Origin: a plasmid
Strand: one strand, 5' to 3'
Sequence record: NZ_CP102531.1
DNA length: 64,000 nt
The notes under the pieces are model-generated. The model saw only the letters and a list, made by a program, of their open reading frames with translations. It had not been told where the DNA came from and searched no databases. Positions 46,542 through 56,000 of this stretch are shown in pieces (the first letter of the stretch is position 1; each line of letters begins with the position of its first letter). The translations under genes and the position numbers were made by a program.

Positions 46542-47192
46542 TTACCTCTCACTACGAGGAACATTTGCTAGATCTTCTGCCTGATACTTTTCGATGCGAT
46601 ATAAGGTTACTGGTGCAATACCTAACATGCGGGCAATTTGTCGCTTGGTCAGAGTTTCATCTCCGTCTTTCTTCCTATTTAAAAGGCGACAGGCTTCTTT
46701 ATAAATATAGCGTTTTTGACGATTAGGTGAATGAGGACCATATTCGCGAATTTTGCCTTTATATTTGCCCTGGCGTTTGGCAATTTCTATGCCTTGTTGT
46801 TGCCGTATCTTAATAGTTTCGCGCTCTTCTTGAGCAATATACTTATATAGTTCGACAATAATTGTCGTAATCAAGTTACGAAGGTTAGGATCTTCAATAC
46901 TTGCAAAGCTAGGTAGATTTAGAACGTTCAATTGAGCTCCACGATGCCGAATGGTTTCGATGATGTCAGTCAAATCATGAGAATTGCGACCAAGTCGATC
47001 AAGGCTCAGTACCACTACTTCATCATCATCACGAATATAGTCTAACATTGCTTTCAGTTGAGGACGATCGGCATTTTTACCTGAAAGCTTCTCTTGAAAG
47101 ATTTTATTAACACCGGCATCATGTAGCTGTTCAATTTGACGCGCCAGATTTTGATCACGCGTACTAACACGCGCATAACCGATTTTAGACAA
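46542..47192 (-). CDS. serine recombinase (resolvase/invertase family), 216 aa
   Basis: N-terminal catalytic YARVSTRDQ motif; C-terminal HTH. Confidence 0.85.
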   Translation of the reverse strand: MSKIGYARVSTRDQNLARQIEQLHDAGVNKIFQEKLSGKNADRPQLKAMLDYIRDDDEVVVLSLDRLGRNSHDLTDIIETIRHRGAQLNVLNLPSFASIEDPNLRNLITTIIVELYKYIAQEERETIKIRQQQGIEIAKRQGKYKGKIREYGPHSPNRQKRYIYKEACRLLNRKKDGDETLTKRQIARMLGIAPVTLYRIEKYQAEDLANVPRSER

Positions 47193-47460
47193 TTCTAGAT
47201 CACCTCCGGGTCACTTATATGTAACTAATAATACTCCCTTCTCTCTTTAGTTACAATAGGGTACACTTCACTGAACTCTTTCTAAAATAAAACGTATTTA
47301 TAAACCCTCTTTTTGGATTTATAAATATATATATATAAATAAAGCCGTTTTTTAATAAACACTTGATTCTGTGACTTTATAATTATACACTTGTTAAGTG
47401 CCGTATTTAAGACAATGCTAGATCATCAGAAAGTATGTCACAAGAAATAAAAAGGCGGTG
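47193..47460. promoter_or_regulatory. AT-rich region upstream of the resolvase, candidate res site/promoter
   Basis: Very AT-rich (tatatatatata, imperfect palindrome tcacttatatgtaact) directly 5' of the recombinase gene; subsite structure not resolved. Confidence 0.3.
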
Positions 47461-47465
47461 TTTTA

Positions 47466-47933
47466 ATGATTTTTATCACCCTGTCAGCTCAACGAGCGGC
47501 ACTTCTAAATTACCCTAATGAACCTTCAGTAAAATGGGTTGGTTATTCGTTCAATGCAACTGATTCGGAACTCTGGGATCATAATAAAGGAGTTTGGCGT
47601 TTAGGCGCGAGAGTCAATTCTGAGGAATATGTTGCGCTTTGTTTTGAAGGAGAGGTAAAACTAGTCGCACACTTTTCTGGCGTGGCTCTTTATCCTAATT
47701 CATCAAGATACTTCTTTGTAGGCGGTCGCCCCTTAACTAAAGGCGAAGCTCCATACGACAAATGGATTGGACAGCGTGTTAAAGGTACTAGAAATCCGAT
47801 TCGTTATGAATATGATCCAGACATTGACGGGTGGAAATGGAAAACAGATAAGGGTGTTGCAAAAGTTTTGGATGACTTACAAGCCAAATACCCAAGAAGA
47901 GATGAGTTCCTTTATCATTTAAAGAATATTTAG
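47466..47933 (+). CDS. hypothetical protein (155 aa), no family recognised
   Basis: Clean ORF followed by a strong terminator; Trp/Tyr-rich. Confidence 0.45.
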   Translation: MIFITLSAQRAALLNYPNEPSVKWVGYSFNATDSELWDHNKGVWRLGARVNSEEYVALCFEGEVKLVAHFSGVALYPNSSRYFFVGGRPLTKGEAPYDKWIGQRVKGTRNPIRYEYDPDIDGWKWKTDKGVAKVLDDLQAKYPRRDEFLYHLKNI

Positions 47934-47969
47934 CATGCTTTGCAGGTCAAAGTTAAACGATCATTTTGA

Positions 47970-48002
47970 GGCAGTTACCGAATGGGTAACTGCCTTTTTT
48001 GG
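47970..48002 (+). terminator. rho-independent terminator (ggcagttacc-gaatg-ggtaactgcc-TTTTTT)
   Basis: Perfect 10-bp stem plus T6. Confidence 0.7.
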
Positions 48003-48130
48003 GGGGAGTTTAAGAAAGGTTCTATACTTCCCTCCTAGAGCTTGATTTTGGGAATTTACTCTTGATTATCCTGATTTTTGCTAGATACCAAACAGACTCT
48101 AAGAAGTTGTTTGATGTCTTCAATGCAGTA

Positions 48131-48310
48131 CTTTACGATTGGCTAATATGCTGATCAATGATTTCATTCATTAAGTCAGAGATATCTGTTTCTAAAGCAA
48201 TAGATAATTTATACAGAGTTTCTAGGCTAGGCAGATTATGACCGTTCTCAATATTTGTTAAAGTTTTTTCGGATATCCATTCTGCAGGAAGTAATCCCTT
48301 ATTGACGCAA
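48131..48310 (-). pseudogene. XRE-family HTH regulator fragment (N-terminally truncated)
   Basis: Translation ...SEKTLTNIENGHNLPSLETLYKLSIALETDISDLMNEIIDQHIS is helices 2-5 of a Cro/C1-type HTH; no start codon; abuts the transposase remnant. Confidence 0.5.
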
Positions 48311-48329
48311 CTATCTAGTGGCTGGTGAA

Positions 48330-48660
48330 TTAGGCAACATTCCGGCTACCTGAAACGTGAATTTGATAGTGAATTAAGATGGATTCCTGCTTATATTTTA
48401 CAAAAATCAAAATTGATCCATTAAAAAGCCTTAATAGCATCTTTAGGTTGGCTAGATTGATCGCAATATCAATCGTCACTGCGATGCTGGCTACCGTTTT
48501 AGTCCGCACCAATGAAAGGCCCAAAGGGCCTTTCATGAAGGCAAAACCGCGTTCAATTTTCCCGCGCCGCTTCTCTGCGTCACGATCAACTTGCCGCTGC
48601 TTAGCATCCATCTTTTTAGACTTACGTCCTAAACGTGGTCCCGACAACCTAATGCCTAGT
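48330..48660 (-). pseudogene. C-terminal remnant of a DDE transposase (IS1182/IS5-like) fused in-frame to the truncated 3' end of the IS3 OrfB
   Basis: ...KRRGKIERGFAFMKGPLGLSLVRTKTVASIAVTIDIAINLANLKMLL resembles transposase C-termini; it continues an IS3 OrfB tail (MESFHASLKKECVY...RIHSSLGY). Confidence 0.4.
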
Positions 48661-49830
48661 CGTTGACAGTGGTAGCCCAGTGAACTATGAATTCTCTTCC
48701 TATTGTAGAAAGCATGCACATATTCAAAAAGGACGGCAGCGGCAGTTTCATAATCTTCAAAGACCGGCACTGGATAAACACATTCCTTTTTGAGGGAAGC
48801 GTGAAAGGATTCCATTGGCGCATTATCATACGGACAACCCTTACGGCTGTATGAGTGCGGATATGTAGTTCAGTTAAACGTTGATTGTAATTATCGCTGG
48901 TATACTGTGATCCTAAATCCGTATGGATAATCAGGTCCCCAGTAATGGTTCGATTTTTAACCGCGCTTTCAAGGGTCTTTAAGACTAAATCAGTAGCCAT
49001 CTTTTTTGAGAACGAATAGCCGATAATCCGTCGTGAGTGCAGGTCCATGATGGTTGATAAGTAACACCAGCCATTACGCTTCGTTTGAATATAGGTCATA
49101 TCAGCGGTCCATTTTTGATTTAAACCAGTGGTCGAGAAATCCTGCTTAAGCAAGTTGGGACGCTGTTCAACCTTGGTTTTGGAAGCCGAAGCCGCTTTCC
49201 ACTTATTGACGGTACCGGAGTGGATATCCAGTTCCTTCATGAGCCGGGAAATCCGTCGTGGACTGCACCGAAGCTGCAGTGGTTGAAGTTCCAGATTCAA
49301 TTCATGGTGGCTCTTCATAACACCGTATCGCTGCTTAAATTCCGCAAAGATCCGCAGAATCAGTTGTTTCAAGTCCGCATCTTCGGCCCGTCGTTTTCAA
49401 GGTTTGGGGGATCGATAACGATAATACTGAGCTCTGGAAACACCGAGGATTCGGCACATCTTGGTTACCTGGTGGTGATGGCTTTCTTGGTGAATGTAAT
49501 CAAAGATATTGGTTACTTCTGCGCAAGGAAGTGCAGGGCTTTTTTTAGGATTTCGTTCTCCTCAGACAGCGAAGCCAGTCGCTTTTCCATCGCTTTTATT
49601 CCGTCTGGCGATTTACCGGATTGATTTTTGGCCTGGCCCTGGATCCACTTATGAACTGTTGAATAGCCAATGCCATATTCTCTGGCTAGTTGGGCAGCTG
49701 ATTCGCCTTGCTTATATAGGTTGATAATGTTTTGTTTGAATTCTTTGTCGTAACGAGTTGGCATGTAAAAATTCCTTCCTTTTGAGAGACGATTTATTCA
49801 TTATACCCTCTCTTAAAAGTTGTCTCAGGA
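48660..49830 (-). mobile_element. degenerate IS3-family element (orfA 49513-49764 intact; orfB carries an in-frame TGA and a 1-nt frameshift; 3' end truncated)
   Basis: OrfA HTH protein; OrfB integrase core (HTDLGSQYTS...); the expected Ser codon in PSKRRAEDA is replaced by TGA; frame change after ...LTELHIR; boundaries approximate. Confidence 0.6.
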
Positions 49831-49971
49831 ATCAGCTTACATCCAGGAAGTACGTCGAATTCTTAAGAAACCCATAGTTTACTGTTAACGCCATTACTTC
49901 AAGCGTGTCGACTTTTGACACGCTTTTTTTATGCTATTGGATACAAATCATTCAATAAAAATGAAGTATCA

Positions 49972-50005
49972 AAAAAGACGGCTTCCACTATGGAAAGTCG
50001 TCTCC
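49972..50005 (-). terminator. terminator downstream of the giant adhesin gene
   Basis: gacgactttcc-atagtgg-aagccgtc hairpin followed by a U-run on the minus strand. Confidence 0.45.
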
Positions 50006-50088
50006 GATGAACCTGGTTTTCTAATAATCATTCATGTCGCATCGTCTCGCTACAAAAGTATTCAGTATCGAAATTTGTGACATATACC

Positions 50089-53000
50089 TTATTGACGTTC
50101 TCGTCTGTAAGGTTTGAAAAAGCTATAAACGAATAAGCCAAGAACCGAAAGTATCCCAATCAGTGTCATGCCAACGTTATTGACATCTCCTGTATTTGGC
50201 ATTTTTTGACCATTGCCGTGATTGTCATTGGTGTTTGGTGGTGTACTCTTCTTAAAGTTCTTCGCCACAACCACAGCCGATTCATTATTGAGTTGAAGCT
50301 TGACCGTAAACGATATTTTTTCGTTACTCAGTTTATAACCAGCTGGTGCTGCTGTTTCAACAAAGTAGTAGTCGCCTGGCTTCAAATCATTGACTTGGAT
50401 CTGGCCTTTAGCATCTGTCGTCAAACCGCTAGCGATCTTAGTGCCATTCTTCTTGTACAGATCGAACACTGCACCAGCAAGAGTTTTACCAGTATCGCCG
50501 TCTGTCTTGTTCAAAACAACTGAACCCGTCTTCTCGGCATTTGTTGCAGAAACGGTCGCAACTTTGGTTGTGGTTTGTAATTCAACCGTGAAGTTCAGCT
50601 TACTATCATTTAGTTCATAGCCAGCTGGCGCTGCTGTTTCGACAAAGTAGTAGTCGCCTGGCTTCAAATCATTGACCTTGATTTGACCCTTAGCATCTGT
50701 CGTTAAACCGCTAGCGATCTTAGTGCCATTCTTCTTATACAGATCAAATACTGCACCAGCAAGAGTTTTACCAGTATCACTATCCGTCTTGTTCAAAACA
50801 ACTGAACCCGTCTTCTCGGCATTTGTTGCAGAAACGGTCGCAACCTTGGTTGTGGTTTGTAACTCGACCGTGAAGTTCAGCTTACTATCATTTAGTTCAT
50901 AGCCAGCTGGTGCTGCTGTTTCGACAAAGTAGTAGTCGCCTGGCTTCAAGTCATTGACCTGGATTTGACCCTTAGCATCTGTGGTCAAACCACTAGCAAG
51001 CTTTGTGCCGTCCTTCTTATACAGATCAAATACTGCACCAGCAAGAGTTTTACCAGTATCACTATCCGTCTTGTTCAAGACAACTGAGCCAGTCTTCTCA
51101 GCATTTGTTGCAGAAACGGTCGCAACTTTGGCTGTGGTTTGTAATTCAACCGTGAAGTTCAGCTTACTGTCATTTAGTTCATAGCCAGCTGGCGCTGCTG
51201 TTTCGACAAAGTAGTAGTCGCTTGGCTTCAAATCATTGACCTTGATTTGACCCTTAGCATCTGTGGTCAAACCACTAGCAACCTTAGTCCCATCCTTCTT
51301 ATACAGATCAAATACTGCACCAGCAAGAGTTTTACCAGTATCACTATCCGTCTTGTTCAAGACAACTGAGCCAGTCTTCTCAGCATTTGTTGCAGAAACG
51401 GTCGCAACTTTGGCTGTGGTTTGTAATTCAACCGTGAAGTTCAGCTTACTGTCATTTAGTTCATAGCCAGCTGGCGCTGCTGTTTCGACAAAGTAGTAGT
51501 CGCCTGGCTTCAAATCATTGACCTTGATTTGACCCTTAGCATCTGTCATCAAACCGCTAGCGATCTTAGTACCGTCCTTCTTATAAAGATCGAACACGGC
51601 ACCGGAAAGAGCTTTACCAGTATCACTATCCGTCTTGTTCAAAACAACTGAGCCAGTCTTCTCAGCATTTGTTGCAGAAACGGTCGCAACTTTGGCTGTG
51701 GTTTGTAATTCAACCGTGAAGTTCAGCTTACTGTCATTTAGTTCATAGCCAGCTGGCGCTGCTGTTTCGACAAAGTAGTAGTCGCCTGGCTTCAAATCAT
51801 TGACCTTGATTTGACCCTTAGCATCTGTCGTCAAACCGCTAGCGATCTTAGTACCGTCTTTCTTATAAAGATCGAATACTGCACCAGCAAGAGTTTTACC
51901 AGTATCGCCGTCGGTCTTGTTCAAAACAACTGAACCAGTCTTCTCAGCATTCGTTGCCGAGACGGTCGCAACCTTGGTTGTTTCCTGAAATTCAACCGTG
52001 AAGTTCAGCTTACTGTTGTTCAATTGATAACCAGCTGGCGCTGTTGTTTCGATAAAGTAGTAGTCACCTGGCTTCAAGTCATTGACCTTGATTTGACCCT
52101 TAGCATCTGTGGTCAAACCACTAGCAACCTTAGTCCCATCCTTCTTATACAGATCAAATACTGCACCAGAAAGAGTTTTACCAGTATCACTATCCGTCTT
52201 GTTCAAGACACCTGAGCCAGTCTTCTCAGCATTTGTTGCAGAAACGGTCGCAACTTTGGCTGTGGTTTGTAATTCAACCGTGAAGTTCAGCTTACTGTCA
52301 TTTAGTTCATAGCCAGCTGGCGCTGCTGTTTCGACAAAGTAGTAGTCGCCTGGCTTCAAGTCATTGACCTGGATTTGACCCTTAGCATCTGTGGTCAAAC
52401 CGCTAGCGATCTTAGTACCGTCTTTCTTATAAAGATCGAATACTGCACCAGCAAGAGTTTTACCAGTATCGCCGTCGGTCTTGTTCAAAACAACTGAACC
52501 AGTCTTCTCAGCATTCGTTGCCGAGACGGTCGCAACCTTGGTTGTTTCCTGAAATTCAACCGTGAAGTTCAGCTTACTGTTGTTCAATTGATAACCAGCT
52601 GGCGCTGTTGTTTCGATAAAGTAGTAGTCACCTGGCTTCAAGTCATTGACCTTGATTTGACCCTTAGCATCTGTGGTCAAACCACTAGCAACCTTAGTCC
52701 CATCCTTCTTATACAGATCAAATACTGCACCAGAAAGAGTTTTACCAGTATCACTATCCGTCTTGTTCAAGACAACTGAGCCAGTCTTCTCAGCATTTGT
52801 TGCAGAAACGGTCGCAACTTTGGCTGTGGTTTGTAATTCAACCGTGAAGTTCAATTTACTGTCGTTTAGTTCATAACCAGCTGGTGCTGCTGTTTCGACA
52901 AAGTAGTAGTCGCTTGGCTTCAAATCATTGACCTTGATTTGACCCTTAGCATCTGTGGTCAAACCACTAGCAACCTTAGTCCCATCCTTCTTATACAGAT

Positions 53001-56000
53001 CAAATACTGCACCAGCAAGAGTTTTACCAGTATCACTATCCGTCTTGTTCAAGACAACTGAGCCAGTCTTCTCAGCATTTGTTGCAGAAACGGTCGCAAC
53101 TTTGGCTGTGGTTTGTAATTCAACCGTGAAGTTCAGCTTACTGTCATTTAGTTCATAGCCAGCTGGCGCTGCTGTTTCGACAAAGTAGTAGTCGCCTGGC
53201 TTCAAATCATTGACCTTGATTTGACCCTTAGCATCTGTCATCAAACCGCTAGCGATCTTAGTACCGTCCTTCTTATAAAGATCGAACACGGCACCGGAAA
53301 GAGCTTTACCAGTATCACTATCCGTCTTGTTCAAAACAACTGAGCCAGTCTTCTCAGCATTTGTTGCAGAAACGGTCGCAACTTTGGCTGTGGTTTGTAA
53401 TTCAACCGTGAAGTTCAGCTTACTGTCATTTAGTTCATAGCCAGCTGGCGCTGCTGTTTCGACAAAGTAGTAGTCGCCTGGCTTCAAATCATTGACCTTG
53501 ATTTGACCCTTAGCATCTGTCATCAAACCGCTAGCGATCTTAGTACCGTCCTTCTTATAAAGATCGAACACGGCACCGGAAAGAGCTTTACCAGTATCAC
53601 TATCCGTCTTGTTCAAAACAACTGAGCCAGTCTTCTCAGCATTTGTTGCAGAAACGGTCGCAACTTTGGCTGTGGTTTGTAATTCAACCGTGAAGTTCAG
53701 CTTACTGTCATTTAGTTCATAGCCAGCTGGCGCTGCTGTTTCGACAAAGTAGTAGTCGCCTGGCTTCAAATCATTGACCTTGATTTGACCCTTAGCATCT
53801 GTCGTCAAACCGCTAGCGATCTTAGTACCGTCTTTCTTATAAAGATCGAATACTGCACCAGCAAGAGTTTTACCAGTATCGCCGTCGGTCTTGTTCAAAA
53901 CAACTGAACCAGTCTTCTCAGCATTCGTTGCCGAGACGGTCGCAACCTTGGTTGTTTCCTGAAATTCAACCGTGAAGTTCAGCTTACTGTTGTTCAATTG
54001 ATAACCAGCTGGCGCTGTTGTTTCGATAAAGTAGTAGTCACCTGGCTTCAAGTCATTGACCTTGATTTGACCTTTAGCATCTGTCGTCAAACCACTAGCA
54101 AGCTTTGTGCCGTCCTTCTTATACAGATCGAACACGGCACCGGAAAGAACTTTACCAGTATCACCATCTGTCTTTGTTAGAAGAACGCTCCCTAATGCTT
54201 TATCATTTGTGACTGGAACTTTTAATTGAATACTATCGCTATTAATTGTAAAGGCATGCTGAATATCATCTAGCTTATATCCATCAGGTGCCTTTGTTTC
54301 GATAATATAATAGTCTCCAGCATTAAGACCGGTATAACTTACAGTGCCATCTAATCCCGTCTTAAGATTCGAAGCAACCTTAGTCCCGTCTTTCTTATAA
54401 AGATCAAATATTGCTCCAGCTAAAGGACTTGAGTTATCAGCATCAGACTTTTCAATCGTGACCTTACCTTTTTGATTAGTGGCAGAAACCAAGACATTAT
54501 TATCAGCATTTGCTTCTTTATACTGAAGATTGATTTCTTTTCCATTTGTCAAACTGGTAGAAATCACATAGCCATCTGGGGCCTTTGTTTCAACTAAAAT
54601 GTATTTTCCAGATTTAAGATTATTCCATGTGATACTGCCTGCAGCATCCGTTGTCCCTGTACGAAGCTTCTGCCCTTTTTGTCCGGAAACATCCGACCAA
54701 AGTTCAAAAGAAGCTCCAGCAATTGACTTTTTGGTGTCAGCATCACTCTTGGTAAGAACGATATTGGTGTTCTTACCCGTTGCCGATCCGTAGTTGTTTA
54801 CTACTTGTGTCGATCCGTTGGTATTGTTATCAACATCCTTTTCGCCCTTGCCTGATATCGATGCTGTGTTTGTCAACGTATCATTAATTTTTGACGAATT
54901 GATCAGTGAACGATAATGAATCGAGTAAGCCGAACTAATTTCCTTTGCAAAGGAAATCTTCATCGTTTGCTTACCAGTTACATTATCAGTTTGCAGATCC
55001 ACAGAGTAATCCTTACCAAGTACTAATGGATTACTCGTATCTTCAGTAAAGTCACCATTAGCAGCGACCTTCCCTGGATAGATCACAATAGAGCTTTCGC
55101 CAATAATTTGATTGTCAGAAGGCTCATCGGTAACAACTGCATCGCTGAAAGTTGACTGTGCTTTATTGACCCATATCGTCCACAATGCATAAGCAGAGTT
55201 CGTTGGGTCTTGTTTGCCACTTTTATCCAGAACATTGCCACTGTATGGCACTGTCACCTTAGCCGTCAAATCACTAGATTTTTTGTTATTTGTATAGGTC
55301 GCTGTATTGTCATACGACTTTTGATCAATGACCTTACCAGAGAGACTAGTTTGGTAAGTCAAGACATAAGCCTTAGAACTATCATTTGGTAATTTAGCAG
55401 TAAGCTGTTTCTTAGTACTGTCAAAGGAAATATTAGCGGAAGCAACTTGTGTTCCCAAAATATATGAGCCATTTGTGTTAATAGAAGCTTCATACAACTT
55501 GGCGCTACCTGCTACATAGTCTTGGTCACCAATAATTGGATCAGTAATAGAGGCATTGCTAAGTTTACGTTGATTATAGTTAGCAACCACGGTCCAAGTA
55601 ATTTGTTTAGAAACAGCATTATAACTCCCCGACTTGCTGCCATCATTTTTAAACTCAGTCTTAGGGGTGAAGTCTGCCTGTCCCTTATTTGTATGATCTT
55701 GGCCGTCTTTATCAGTCCAAGTTGCCGTAGCAGTGTTAGTCCACTTACCCCCATTCGGAAGGCTATTCGTTTCAAAGTCAGTTTTATAACTCAGAGTATA
55801 CCAACTTGTAGCATGCTTTTTTAAAGCATTAGCGAAGGATATGGTAAAACCGTTCCCTTGCTTGCTAATCACATAGTCCGTTCCTTCAGTGAGGGTTGTA
55901 TTATGATCTTTATCTTTCAGAACAAAGGAATCATAATCTACAGTCAGCCCATCCGGGACTGGATCGGTCATTGACCAATTGCTCATATTTTGGCGGGCCA

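Noticed and set aside
50206-55824. Many plus-strand ORFs of 60-118 aa predicted inside the adhesin gene (for example 50981-51184, 51263-51466, 52109-52312)
   Set aside because: They are antisense to a strongly supported 2621-aa ORF and recur with the 282-bp repeat period. They are artefacts of repetitive coding DNA.
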